A DNA stretch of 64,000 nt from an uncultured Bacillota bacterium (GCA_900318075.1 ONJI01000020.1:5336-69335); one strand, 5' to 3'; counted from the first letter of the stretch, positions 38,245 to 48,784 are shown. Notes: generated from the letters alone by a model not told the origin. Numbers and translations: made by a program.

Positions 38245-39054
38245 TTATTTTTGGCAATTTTCACAGTAGTAAGTTCCCCTACCCCCTACGGTTATTTTTG
38301 TTATTTTGTTTTTACATATAGGGCACTGTTTTTTTGTGTGGACTAAGAGCTCACTTTGAAATCTTCCGTGAACTCCTTCGCTAGAAGTATAACTTTTTAT
38401 AGTAGTCCCACCATTTTCAATGGCTTTAGATAATATATTTCTTGTATTATCTATTATGTTTTGATAGTCTTTTTTAGTTAAAGTGTCTGCTAATTTTAAG
38501 GGATTTAGTTTTCCCATAAATAGTATTTCGTCAGCATAAATGTTGCCTATTCCAACAATTATGCTTTGATCTAGGAGTTCTGTTTTTATTGGTTTATGAT
38601 GAAATTTATCTTTTAAGTAATCTACTGTTAAGTTTTTATCCCAAGGTTCTAATCCCAAATCCTTTAGTGGTTTTACGTTATATACTTCTTCTTTTTTTAT
38701 TAAATACATCTTCCCAAATTTTCTAGTGTCATTATATCTTAAGTCGGTATTATCAGAAAAATGAAATATAACGTGTTCATGTTTTTCTCTTTTATCTTTA
38801 ACATTTCTAATAAAGTACTTGCCTTCCATTCTTAAATGACTTAATAAATAGTAATCATTAAGCTCGAACATAAGCCATTTACCATATCTATTAATATCTA
38901 GTATAGATTGGTTTTTTATTTTCTTTTCAAATTCTTTTACTTCTGGATAGGCAATTATATTGGACCAGTAAACACTGGCTGATAGTATTTTTTTATTTAA
39001 CACTTCTTTTTTTAAAACTTTTCTAACTGTTTCTACTTCTGGAAGTTCTGGCAT
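38245..39054 (-). CDS. mutM: Formamidopyrimidine-DNA glycosylase
   Basis: MPELPEVETV N-terminal catalytic Pro2/Glu3, an H2TH region, and a C-terminal zinc finger CPICKNK...YYCENCQ. Confidence 0.9.
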   Translation of the reverse strand: MPELPEVETVRKVLKKEVLNKKILSASVYWSNIIAYPEVKEFEKKIKNQSILDINRYGKWLMFELNDYYLLSHLRMEGKYFIRNVKDKREKHEHVIFHFSDNTDLRYNDTRKFGKMYLIKKEEVYNVKPLKDLGLEPWDKNLTVDYLKDKFHHKPIKTELLDQSIIVGIGNIYADEILFMGKLNPLKLADTLTKKDYQNIIDNTRNILSKAIENGGTTIKSYTSSEGVHGRFQSELLVHTKKQCPICKNKITKITVGGRGTYYCENCQK

Positions 39055-39122
39055 GATATCACCTTCTTTGTTATTATAATATCATATTTATTCAATTTTT
39101 CATATGATATATTGGTGATTAT

Positions 39123-39380
39123 ATGTATAGTTTAAATGATGTTTATTTAGCCTCAAAACTATTAGGCTTTAATTTTGATAAGTTTACTCCTTTAGAATTT
39201 CTAGAAGGAATAAATATTGAAGCTGAGCATGGATCTATTAACTCCCTTACTAATGTAACTAATGATGATTTAATTTTAACTTCTAAAATAGCTCTCGCAC
39301 ATTTAAATGAATTTCCAAATTACTATAATAAAGAGTATGGTCTAAAAGTATTTGAGGAATTTTTAAAAACTAAATTGTAA
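39123..39380 (+). CDS. Hypothetical small protein
   Basis: 85 aa, no recognisable motif. Confidence 0.3.
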   Translation: MYSLNDVYLASKLLGFNFDKFTPLEFLEGINIEAEHGSINSLTNVTNDDLILTSKIALAHLNEFPNYYNKEYGLKVFEEFLKTKL

Positions 39381-39439
39381 AAAAAAAAGGAATGTGTTAA
39401 AATATGTTTATGGGAAATCCATATAATATTTAATACGTT

Positions 39440-39625
39440 GATAAAGACTAGTAGTATAATTTTTTATTAATAGAGAGTTAGTGTTTGGTGGAAACTAATA
39501 ATATGATTATGCGAATCTACTTTGGAGTGAGGTTAATAACCTCCGGCAAGGCCGTTATGAAAATTAAGACTATGTTAGGATGGTACCGCATTTTATATGC
39601 TCCTTACGCATAGTCTTTTTATTTA
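39440..39625 (+). promoter_or_regulatory. T-box riboswitch leader, Ser specifier UCU
   Basis: AGAGAG at 39473-39478 and GGTGGAAAC. Specifier loop GCGAA-UCU-A with UCU at 39516-39518. T-box AGGATGGTACCGCA near 39586-39600. Terminator stem AGACTATG...CATAGTCT plus TTTTT at 39567-39622. RBS AGGAGG before the 39636 ATG. Confidence 0.85.
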
Positions 39626-39635
39626 GGAGGATCTT

Positions 39636-40100
39636 ATGAAAGAGGTTTATGATAAAATAGCTATTCTTTTAGAAGAGCGTGAAGAATTACTTAAAGACAA
39701 AGAAAGTAATAGAAAGCAAATATGGATGTGTGAACAAGAAATATATATGTATACGCATCTTTATGATACACTGTCGCAACTAATGCTTATTAAAAGAAAA
39801 AATATTGAAAGTTATTTAGACTTAATTGATTATAGAAAAAATAATTTATCTTTAACTTGGCCTGGGTTAATTCCTGGATATAGTCATATACTACCGATGA
39901 TAGATCATATGCAGGAAGAATATGATAATATGCACTCGGAATGTATAAAGTCTAAAAAAATAATAGAATTATATGCTGGTAAAAAGGAAGCTTTAGAAAT
40001 TAGAAATAAAGAAATAGATGAACGGTTAGAAGTTATTGATAATGAGCTTGGTATAAAACAAGCTTTTGTGAAAAAATTAGAAATAGATAAAGGAGAATGA
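39636..40100 (+). CDS. Hypothetical helical protein, first gene of the T-box-controlled serS operon
   Basis: 154 aa, strong RBS, predicted all-helical. The stop overlaps the next start (ATGA). Confidence 0.45.
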   Translation: MKEVYDKIAILLEEREELLKDKESNRKQIWMCEQEIYMYTHLYDTLSQLMLIKRKNIESYLDLIDYRKNNLSLTWPGLIPGYSHILPMIDHMQEEYDNMHSECIKSKKIIELYAGKKEALEIRNKEIDERLEVIDNELGIKQAFVKKLEIDKGE

Positions 40101-40312
40101 TTATGGATAATGATATGAATGAAGATTTGGAGAAATATGAAGAAGAATATGCAGAACTTCGAAAAGAAGCAACTAAAGCAATGATAGAAAAAGCTTCGAA
40201 GGAAGAAATTGATATAATTAGAAAAAAAATGTTTAATGTGTTATTTAAAATTGAAGTATTAAAAAGTGAAATTGAAAATATTAATGAAGAAAAGGATGGA
40301 AAAAGATTATGA
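40097..40312 (+). CDS. Hypothetical small acidic coiled-coil protein, second gene of the serS operon
   Basis: 71 aa. Translationally coupled at both ends (4-nt overlaps). Confidence 0.4.
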   Translation: MIMDNDMNEDLEKYEEEYAELRKEATKAMIEKASKEEIDIIRKKMFNVLFKIEVLKSEIENINEEKDGKRL

Positions 40313-41592
40313 TAGATATTAAGTTAATTAGAGAAAATAAAGAATTAGTTAAAGAAAATATTAAGAAAAAGTTTCAAGATAAGAAACTTCCTTTAGTTGA
40401 TGAAGTTTTTGAACTTGACAAAAAATGTAGAGAGGCTCAACTTAACGGTGATAAATTACGTGCGTTAAAAAATGAAAAAAGTGCATTAATTGGTTCTCTT
40501 ATGCGTAATGGTAAAAAAGAAGAGGCAGATAAGGTTAAAGAAGAAGTAAGCAAATATGGTAATGAAATTTTAGAATGTGAAAAAACTTATGAAGAGTTAA
40601 GTCAAAAGATTAAAGAAAATATGATGCTTATTCCAAATATTATTGATGATTCTGTTCCTATTGGTGAGGATGATACTAAGAATGTTGAAATAGAAAAATT
40701 TGGTGAGCCTATAGTTCCTTCTTTTGAAATTCCGCATCATGCAGATATATGTGCAAAATTAAGTGGTTTGGATAAAGAAAGTGCTGGAAGAACAAGTGGT
40801 AATGGTTTTTATTATTTAATGGGAGATGTTGCAAGACTACACTCTGCTATGCTAAGTTATGCTAGAGATTTTATGATAGATAAAGGTTTTACTTATGCTA
40901 TTCCTCCATTTATGATTAGAAGTGATGTTGTAAATGGGGTTATGAGTTTTGAAGAAATGGATGCAATGATGTATAAAATTGAAGGAGAAGATTTATATTT
41001 AATTGGTACTTCTGAGCATTCAATGATTGGTAAATTTAAAGATCAAATTATTAAAGAAAATGAGCTACCTATTACTTTAACTTCTTATTCTCCTTGTTTT
41101 AGAAAAGAAGTTGGATCTCATGGTATTGAAGAGCGCGGTTTATATAGAGTTCATCAATTTGAAAAACAGGAAATGGTTGTTTTATGTAAACCTGAAGAAG
41201 GTATGGACTGGTATAATAAGATGTGGTCTTATACTGTGGAATTCTTTAGAAGTTTAGATATTCCTGTTAGAACTTTAGAATGTTGTAGTGGAGATTTAGC
41301 TGATTTAAAAGTTAAGTCTTGTGATGTTGAGGCTTGGTCTCCTCGTCAGCAAAAATATTTTGAAGTTGGTTCTTGCTCAATATTAGGTGATGCGCAAGCT
41401 AGAAGACTTGGAATAAGAATGAAGACTGATAACGGAAATAAATTTGTCACTACTTTAAACAATACTGTTTTGGCTACGCCTAGAGGTTTAATTGCTTTCT
41501 TAGAAAACAATGTAAATGAAGATGGTAGTGTAAATATACCTGAAGTATTAAGATCTTATATGGGTGGCAAAGAAAAACTCGAGATTAAATAA
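40309..41592 (+). CDS. serS: Serine--tRNA ligase
   Basis: N-terminal coiled-coil arm. Class II motifs including FRKEVGSHG...GLYRVHQFEKQEMV and the C-terminal GSCSILGDAQARRLGIRM. 427 aa. Terminator follows at about 41596-41635. Confidence 0.95.
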   Translation: MIDIKLIRENKELVKENIKKKFQDKKLPLVDEVFELDKKCREAQLNGDKLRALKNEKSALIGSLMRNGKKEEADKVKEEVSKYGNEILECEKTYEELSQKIKENMMLIPNIIDDSVPIGEDDTKNVEIEKFGEPIVPSFEIPHHADICAKLSGLDKESAGRTSGNGFYYLMGDVARLHSAMLSYARDFMIDKGFTYAIPPFMIRSDVVNGVMSFEEMDAMMYKIEGEDLYLIGTSEHSMIGKFKDQIIKENELPITLTSYSPCFRKEVGSHGIEERGLYRVHQFEKQEMVVLCKPEEGMDWYNKMWSYTVEFFRSLDIPVRTLECCSGDLADLKVKSCDVEAWSPRQQKYFEVGSCSILGDAQARRLGIRMKTDNGNKFVTTLNNTVLATPRGLIAFLENNVNEDGSVNIPEVLRSYMGGKEKLEIK

Positions 41593-41620
41593 TCTCGGGT
41601 TTATTTTGTTTTTTGACTAA

Positions 41621-43378
41621 TTATAATTGTTTTTTAAGAACTCTATCTAATTCATTTTTTAAATCTGATTTTAGTATTATGTCTATAAATCCATCTTCTA
41701 GGTAATGTTTTTTAATAAATTTTTTTTCATCATTTATCATGATAACTACTTTAGCTTTAAACTCTTTATCTTTTTTTAATTCTTTTAGTACTTCATAGGC
41801 ACTATCTGTATTTGTTTCATCATCAAGTAAAATTAAATCGAATTTATAGTTATTTTTTATTTTTTCTATTACATCTTTTCCATATAATGATGATGATACA
41901 TCAATATTATTATTTTCTAAACGTTCTTTAATTAGTTTTAATTCTTTTGAATCATCATCTACTATCATTATCTTTTTACTTTTTATAATTTTCTGCTGGT
42001 AAAGATTAAGTTCTTTATCCTTTTTATTTTCATTTGTTTCTACAATTTTTTGATTAACTATTATGCTTACATTTGTTTTATTATCATCACTTTTTATCAT
42101 GAAGGCTCCGCCTATTTTATTTAATAAGATTTTTGCCTCTCTTAGATTTAATATTTCTTTGTTTAGATCTATTTCATAATCTAATTCTTTTAGACTTAAA
42201 ATTTCATTAACTTTATCTATAGATATACCCTCTCCATTATCAGTTATGTTAATTATAAATCTACATATTCCATATTTTATAATAGTGTCAATTTCAAATG
42301 TTATTACGCCTACAGCAGTATGATCTATACTATTTTGAAGAATAGATCCTATTATTTGTTTTAATTTTATTGAATCCCCATAAACGTAATTTGGAATTGT
42401 TTCACTAATGGTGAAATCTAGTTTTACATTTTCAGTTAATTTGTTTTCGTATTTTTCTTTTAACGATTTAAATAAATTAGTTGGATTATATTTTGTATTA
42501 TATGTTTTTAAATTATCATTTGTCATAGTTGATATATCTAAGGCATCATCTATTAAATAGTTTAAGTTTTTACTTATATTATTTATTTCTTTTAATTTTT
42601 CATCATTACTATTACTGCTGATTCTTATAATGTCATCTACTGGTTTTTTTATATCCTGAGTAATTTTAAATATAAAGTTAGATGTATCTTCATTATTACT
42701 TTCAATTAGTTTTTTGTTTTTATATAGTTCTTCTAACATTTTCACATCAGGGTTTTCAATAGTAAAATACATTATTAGTATTGTTATACTATATATGAAA
42801 TTAATTATTAATATTTCTGGATTAGTTCTTTGAATCATAGCTGTAATGACAAGTAGCATCACTAGTGAAATTACTGAAATATATTTTTTAGACATAATAT
42901 GTTTAAAATCTGCAACCATTGTCAAGGAAATGGCAATTACATATATACTTGTAATTAATACTAAAAAGTCAACACTTGCTCCATATGAATAAGCAATATT
43001 TCCATTTTTATAAAAATGTACTGGGAGCACTAATATCATAATTGAAATTATTATGTTTATAAATGTATAAATTGGAAATATAATTTTCTTTTCTTTTATC
43101 AGTAATTCTTTATGTGAAATAGAAAACACATATAAAAAGAAAACTGCTGTCCAAGACAATATACAAATTAAATAAAATTTTAAAGAAAAATCTTTGATTG
43201 CTAAATTAAAGTAATTAGCTACTGGAATAAATAATTCGGCAAGTAATGATACTATCGTCATAGTTATTAATAATTTATATATTTTAATCTCATCACTTGC
43301 AATATTATCTTTTTTAAAAAATACTATTGCTATTATAAGTGTATATATTAGTCCTGCTACAGACAATAATATAGTCAT
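41621..43378 (-). CDS. Hybrid sensor kinase-like protein (multi-TM, degenerate H-box, HATPase_c, receiver)
   Basis: 585 aa. About 6 TM helices. H-box position reads FKITQDIKKPV, Gln in place of the phospho-acceptor His. N-box LQNSIDHT, G1 ITDNGEGIS, G2 GGAFM. C-terminal receiver with DDD and LILLDDE. Confidence 0.65.
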   Translation of the reverse strand: MTILLSVAGLIYTLIIAIVFFKKDNIASDEIKIYKLLITMTIVSLLAELFIPVANYFNLAIKDFSLKFYLICILSWTAVFFLYVFSISHKELLIKEKKIIFPIYTFINIIISIMILVLPVHFYKNGNIAYSYGASVDFLVLITSIYVIAISLTMVADFKHIMSKKYISVISLVMLLVITAMIQRTNPEILIINFIYSITILIMYFTIENPDVKMLEELYKNKKLIESNNEDTSNFIFKITQDIKKPVDDIIRISSNSNDEKLKEINNISKNLNYLIDDALDISTMTNDNLKTYNTKYNPTNLFKSLKEKYENKLTENVKLDFTISETIPNYVYGDSIKLKQIIGSILQNSIDHTAVGVITFEIDTIIKYGICRFIINITDNGEGISIDKVNEILSLKELDYEIDLNKEILNLREAKILLNKIGGAFMIKSDDNKTNVSIIVNQKIVETNENKKDKELNLYQQKIIKSKKIMIVDDDSKELKLIKERLENNNIDVSSSLYGKDVIEKIKNNYKFDLILLDDETNTDSAYEVLKELKKDKEFKAKVVIMINDEKKFIKKHYLEDGFIDIILKSDLKNELDRVLKKQL

Positions 43379-43432
43379 TTTGCCAGCCTCCTTACTATAT
43401 ATAGTATATCATAACGTTAATATGAAAAAAAA

Positions 43433-45208
43433 TTATTTTTTCATTTTTTTGACAATTGCTTTTCCTTGCTTTTCTAGTTCAATAAAATTGTGTTTGTTAT
43501 TTTTATAAGGAATAACGTCTACTGGTATTATATATTTTGGGATTTCATAATCTGGAAGTTCCTTTTTACAAATTTGTTTTACCAATTCAATTATTTCGCT
43601 ATTACCTATAGAAGATTTGACAAATGCAAGAGGAACAAATAATTCTTCATCATCTGGAACTCCTACAACTACACAATCTTGAACTTCTGGAATTAGCATG
43701 ATAATATTTTCAATGGTGTCTGGGCAAATTTTAAATGCTGCTCTTTTAATCAATCTTTTTATTCTTCCTGTTATATATACAAAACCATCTTCATCTACAT
43801 AGCCTAAATCTCCGGTGTGAATCCATTCTTTTCCATCATCGTGCATCTGCTTTATTCTTGCTGTTTCTTTCTCATTATTAAGATATCCAATAAAAGCGTT
43901 ATCAGTATTAACACATATTTCACCTTCTACTCCTTGCGGTAACATTTCGTTAGTTTCTGTAAAAGATCTTACAACTATATTTTTCATTGGTATTCCAACT
44001 GATTTTGGCTTACAGGCATATACTGGTGAAATAATTGCTGCCCCTGCAAGTTCATTATTCCCATAGCCGTTAATAATCGGTTTTCCAAATGTTTGCTCCA
44101 TGTCGAGCAGTTCTTGAACTGATATGTTGTCACCACCAGATACGAAGACTTGGACTTTGGATAGTCTTTTCATTATGCTTGATAATTCTTTTAGACATTT
44201 TTTTAATTCTTTTTTCGCACTTTCTGTTTGTATTTTTTCAAGTTCAGATATAGCATTATTTAACTCAATTATTTTATTATACATATACCTGTAATGAAGT
44301 GGGGCTGCGCAGGCAAATTCATACTTTCCTAAATCATCAAATACAGTATTTTCAGAAATATATGGTGACATTTCTGCTTTCATTCCAAATATCATCGAAG
44401 CATAAATGGAATTATTTAACCCGTAAATTATAAATGGCGGAATTGAAATATGCATTGTTTTTCCTTTAGCGAATGGTAAATCGGTATAAGCTTCTTTTTG
44501 CATCGCTAAATTAAAATTATATTCTGTATGAATAATTGATTTAGATTTTCCAGTACTTCCGCTTGATTTCAAAATTATTGATGGTCTTTCTTTTTCGAAC
44601 GTTGCAGGAATTACTAAACTATTATTGCCTGTTTTAATAAAGTTATAGTATTTAACAAATCTAGCATCATCTGGAATAGCCATATTTTTTCCTTCTTTTT
44701 TTTCTTTTAAATTAGCGAAAATTCTAATAAATGGATTTAAATAGTCTTTTGGGGAAGCAACTAAAACCTGTTTTAAGTCTGTTTCACTAATTATTTTTGT
44801 GACTAATCCTAACATTCCATCAAATATAACCAAAATTTTACAATTGCTTTCATTTATGTCATTTATTAGATCATTTTCTTTACATCTTAAATCAATCCAT
44901 TTCGATGTCGCGCCAAGTTTACTAAGAGCTAGCAAGTTTTCTTGTACTATAGGCATGTTAATTGTTGCAATTCCTACAACGTCCCCCTCTTTAACTCCAG
45001 CTTTTTGATATGCTGCCGCTAGCATATCAACATTCTTCTTTAAATCATAATATGATACATTTTTTCCTAAAAATCCTATTGCATCTTGCTCTAAATTATC
45101 ATTATTTAACAAAAAAACCGAATTATACATTGTTTGATTAATATCTAAGTCTACAACCGGATTTTTTCTATGGTATATACTTCCATTATTATTTTTTTCA
45201 GTTGTCAT
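43433..45208 (-). CDS. AMP-dependent synthetase/ligase (acyl-CoA synthetase-like adenylate-forming enzyme)
   Basis: SSGSTGKSKSI is AMP-binding motif I (S/TGxxGxPK). Motif II region YGNNELAG. 591 aa. Confidence 0.75.
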   Translation of the reverse strand: MTTEKNNNGSIYHRKNPVVDLDINQTMYNSVFLLNNDNLEQDAIGFLGKNVSYYDLKKNVDMLAAAYQKAGVKEGDVVGIATINMPIVQENLLALSKLGATSKWIDLRCKENDLINDINESNCKILVIFDGMLGLVTKIISETDLKQVLVASPKDYLNPFIRIFANLKEKKEGKNMAIPDDARFVKYYNFIKTGNNSLVIPATFEKERPSIILKSSGSTGKSKSIIHTEYNFNLAMQKEAYTDLPFAKGKTMHISIPPFIIYGLNNSIYASMIFGMKAEMSPYISENTVFDDLGKYEFACAAPLHYRYMYNKIIELNNAISELEKIQTESAKKELKKCLKELSSIMKRLSKVQVFVSGGDNISVQELLDMEQTFGKPIINGYGNNELAGAAIISPVYACKPKSVGIPMKNIVVRSFTETNEMLPQGVEGEICVNTDNAFIGYLNNEKETARIKQMHDDGKEWIHTGDLGYVDEDGFVYITGRIKRLIKRAAFKICPDTIENIIMLIPEVQDCVVVGVPDDEELFVPLAFVKSSIGNSEIIELVKQICKKELPDYEIPKYIIPVDVIPYKNNKHNFIELEKQGKAIVKKMKK

Positions 45209-45271
45209 TTTTAATCCTCCTTGATTTTAAAACTTACTGCACGGTTACTATAACATTTTTAATTGATTTTT

Positions 45272-45296
45272 TCAAGAAAAAAAAAGACACTTTTGT
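45272..45296 (-). terminator. Rho-independent terminator downstream of the CDF gene
   Basis: AAGACAC-ttttg-GTGTCTT with an A9/T9 run. Confidence 0.6.
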
Positions 45297-45299
45297 GTC

Positions 45300-46139
45300 T
45301 TAATTTGGATTAACGTGAATAATTATATTTGCCACTGTTTTATCTTTTTCTTTTATTTCTTTTTCGATATGGTCTATTCTTTTATGGACTTTTTCTAGTA
45401 TCATATTTTTATCCATAACTACTTCACAGTCTATTTTTTTAAATGAGCCATATTTTATAATTATAAGTTCATCAATATCAATTATATCTTTATGGCTTTT
45501 TATAATTTGTTTTATATTATCTATATAGTCTTTATCTAAAACTTGTTTTCCTAATAAGTTACTTATATTTTCTTTTAGTATTTCAAAGGCTATTTTTAAT
45601 ATTAATAACCCTACTATAATCATAGCTATTTTATCTGAATAATTAAATATTTTAGATAATAAAACTGAAATTAAAACTATGAATGAACTTATGACATCGG
45701 AAAAGCTTTCTTTACCGGATGATACTAGTATATCATTTTCATATTCTTTTCCTTTTTTTAGTAAATAACTAGATAATATTATTTTAACAATAATGGTTAT
45801 TAAAACTATTATAGAAGTTAGCATATTAGGAATTGTTGATGTTTTTAAAATGCCTTCTTTAATAACATTTATGCCCATAAAGGCTACTATAAGGCCTATT
45901 ACTAAACAGGTTAGATATTCAGCGTTACCGTGACCGAAGGGGTGCTCGTAGTCGGCAGGTTTTTTAGAAATAGTGTTTCCGATTACGGCAAATACATCTG
46001 TTATCATGTCACTTAATGAATGAATTCCATCGGCAATTAAGGCGCCTGAAGCGCCTATTATACCTGATATTATTTTAAATATAGCAAGTAATATATTCGT
46101 TATAAAACTTGTAAGCATTACTTTACTTATTTTATCCAT
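45300..46139 (-). CDS. Cation diffusion facilitator (CDF) family metal efflux transporter
   Basis: 6 TM helices. Conserved HSLSDMITD and HGNAEY motifs. C-terminal cytoplasmic domain. 279 aa. Confidence 0.8.
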   Translation of the reverse strand: MDKISKVMLTSFITNILLAIFKIISGIIGASGALIADGIHSLSDMITDVFAVIGNTISKKPADYEHPFGHGNAEYLTCLVIGLIVAFMGINVIKEGILKTSTIPNMLTSIIVLITIIVKIILSSYLLKKGKEYENDILVSSGKESFSDVISSFIVLISVLLSKIFNYSDKIAMIIVGLLILKIAFEILKENISNLLGKQVLDKDYIDNIKQIIKSHKDIIDIDELIIIKYGSFKKIDCEVVMDKNMILEKVHKRIDHIEKEIKEKDKTVANIIIHVNPN

Positions 46140-46146
46140 ACTTCAC

Positions 46147-48726
46147 CTACTTTGCTTCATACCAGTTTTTACCATAATTTACTGAAACGGTTAAAGGTAC
46201 CTTTAATTTATAAACGTTATCCATTATATCTGTAACTATTTTGTTAATTGTTTCAAGTTCATCTTTATAGATATCAAATACGAGTTCATCGTGTACTTGA
46301 ATTATCATTTTACTTTTTAAGTTATTTTCTTTTAAAGCTTTATATACTTTTACCATAGCTAGTTTAATTATATCAGCAGCGGTTCCTTGTATAGGAGTAT
46401 TTAAAGCGATTCTTTCGCCAGACTGTCTTATGGTATATACAGTATTTTTAAGCTCTGGAATATTTCTTTTTCTTCCAAACATTGTTTTTACATATCCTTT
46501 TTCTTTAGCTTCTTTAATGGTACTATCCATATAATCTTTGATGCCAGGATATGTTTCTAGGTAAGTATCTATAAATTCTTTAGCTTCTTTAGCGCTTACT
46601 CCGATATTTTCACCTAATCCAAATCCACTTATACCATATATAATTCCGAAGTTAACCGCTTTGGCTACTCTTCGCATGTTACTGGTAACTAATTTTTCAT
46701 CTACTTTAAAGATATCACTAGCGGTTTTTGCGTGTATATCTTTACCTTCTCTAAAAGAATCTTGTAAAGCTTTTACGTCTGCCATATGGGCTAAAATTCT
46801 AAGTTCTATTTGTGAATAATCAGCCCCATATATGTAGTCGTGTTCTGGGATAAAAGCTTTTCTTATATTTCTTCCCATTTCATCTCTGATTGGAATATTT
46901 TGAAGATTTGGTTCAATTGATGAAAGTCTACCGGTTCTAGTTAAATTTTGAGTATATATTGTATGAATTTTACCATTATCTATAGTATTGATTAAGCCTT
47001 CAATATATGTACTATATAATTTAGAGAGTTTTCGATATTCAATAATCTGACTTATAATTGGATGTTTTCCTTCTAGTTTTTTAAGAACGTCTATTGCAGT
47101 TGAGTTATTATTTTTTTTATGTGGAAGATTTAATCTTTCAAATAGAACTTCAGCAAGTTGTTTTGGGGATGATATATTAAATTCTATTCCAGCATTGTTG
47201 TAAATATCTTTTGTGAGTAATTCTAGTTTTATTTTAATATCTTCTCCTTGATCTTTTAAAACATTACTATCTACTTTAACACCAGTATATTCCATATCGG
47301 CTAATACTATGGCTAAGGGCATTTCGATATCATTGAATAAATATTCTAAATTTTCTTCTTTTATTTTTCCTTGGAAAAAGTCTTTAGTTTCCCAAATAAA
47401 TTTGGCTCTTGAAACTGTTTCTTTGGCTACCACGTTTATATCTGGAAGTATTAAGTGGATAAATTTTCCATATATGTTTTCATAAAATTTTAGTTCATAG
47501 TCTAGCTGGTTAGACAAATATGCGATATCATCTTTCATATTATAATCTAGTAAAGATCCAGCTATCATAGTATCAAATATGGTATTATCAACTTCAATAT
47601 TTTGATATTTTAAAGATACTATCATTTTCTTTAAATCATATGTGTATTTTTTATTTTTTATTAAAAAGCTCGGGTTTTGTTTTAATATTTCAAATGGTAC
47701 GTAATATGAGATATTTTCATTATAGATACCCATTCCAATTATAGGGGCATTATGGTAATTTGATCCAAAGACTTCTAAATATACAGCAATATCCCCATCA
47801 ATATTTAAATCATTTATGTCATCTATAATTTTTACTTTAGTTTCTTCTTTTTTAAAGGTATTTTGCTTTTTTAAAAATGAATAGAATTCTAAGTCTTCAT
47901 ATATTTTATTAAGTTCGTTTGTATTTTCACCTAAGTATTTTGTATCATCAATATTTATATCCATTTTAACATCTCTAATTATAGTAGCTAGGTGATAACT
48001 TTTATAAGCGTTTTCTTTATCAGTTTCTAATTTTTCTTTTAGTTTTCCTTTAATATTATCTATATTTTCATATATTCCGTCTAATGTTTTATATTCTTGA
48101 AGTAATTTTAAAGCTGTTTTTTCACCTACTCCTTTTACTCCTGGAATGTTGTCAGAAGCATCACCCATTAAAGCTTTTAGGTCAATTATATTTATTGGGT
48201 CTATACCCCACTCTTCTTTAAATGTTTTTTCATTATATCTGATATAGTCTTTTTGTTTTAATAATTTTATATCAACATCTTTACTTATTAGCTGTAATAG
48301 GTCTTTATCACTACTAATTATTGTTCCGATAAAGTCTTCTTCTAAATCGCAGTATCTAGCAAATGTGCCTATAATATCATCAGCTTCGTAGTTATCTATT
48401 TCATAGTATTTAATTCCCATAGCTTCTAATATTTGTTTAGCTACTGGAAACTGTATTTTAAGCTCATTAGGTGTTTCTACTCTACCATCTTTGTATCCTT
48501 CATATTCTTCATGTCTAAAGGTTTTTCCTTTATCAAATGCTACAATGATATACTGTGGATTTTCTTCTTTTATTATTTTATTCATCATATTTACAAACCC
48601 AAATATTGCATTAGTTGGAAAGCCTTTACTATTATTCATGAAATTGCCATTATAAGCTGTTGCGTAGTAGCTTCTAAATAAAAGATTATTACCATCTACT
48701 AGGATTATTTTTTTCATTTTTATCAC
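46147..48726 (-). CDS. polA: DNA polymerase I
   Basis: 859 aa. 5'-3' exonuclease N-terminus (ILVDGNNLLFRSYYA), then polymerase motifs RRVAKAVNFGIIYG and IIQVHDELVFD. Confidence 0.95.
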   Translation of the reverse strand: MIKMKKIILVDGNNLLFRSYYATAYNGNFMNNSKGFPTNAIFGFVNMMNKIIKEENPQYIIVAFDKGKTFRHEEYEGYKDGRVETPNELKIQFPVAKQILEAMGIKYYEIDNYEADDIIGTFARYCDLEEDFIGTIISSDKDLLQLISKDVDIKLLKQKDYIRYNEKTFKEEWGIDPINIIDLKALMGDASDNIPGVKGVGEKTALKLLQEYKTLDGIYENIDNIKGKLKEKLETDKENAYKSYHLATIIRDVKMDINIDDTKYLGENTNELNKIYEDLEFYSFLKKQNTFKKEETKVKIIDDINDLNIDGDIAVYLEVFGSNYHNAPIIGMGIYNENISYYVPFEILKQNPSFLIKNKKYTYDLKKMIVSLKYQNIEVDNTIFDTMIAGSLLDYNMKDDIAYLSNQLDYELKFYENIYGKFIHLILPDINVVAKETVSRAKFIWETKDFFQGKIKEENLEYLFNDIEMPLAIVLADMEYTGVKVDSNVLKDQGEDIKIKLELLTKDIYNNAGIEFNISSPKQLAEVLFERLNLPHKKNNNSTAIDVLKKLEGKHPIISQIIEYRKLSKLYSTYIEGLINTIDNGKIHTIYTQNLTRTGRLSSIEPNLQNIPIRDEMGRNIRKAFIPEHDYIYGADYSQIELRILAHMADVKALQDSFREGKDIHAKTASDIFKVDEKLVTSNMRRVAKAVNFGIIYGISGFGLGENIGVSAKEAKEFIDTYLETYPGIKDYMDSTIKEAKEKGYVKTMFGRKRNIPELKNTVYTIRQSGERIALNTPIQGTAADIIKLAMVKVYKALKENNLKSKMIIQVHDELVFDIYKDELETINKIVTDIMDNVYKLKVPLTVSVNYGKNWYEAK

Positions 48727-48784
48727 CTAATTTAATTATAAATAATTTTACACGTAAAAACAACTCTTTCGAGCTGTTTATATA

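Noticed and set aside
48433-48681. 82-aa ORF antisense within polA, and similar short plus-strand ORFs inside polC (49494-49709, 50901-51265, 52035-52850)
   Set aside because: All are embedded antisense to large, homology-supported polymerase genes.
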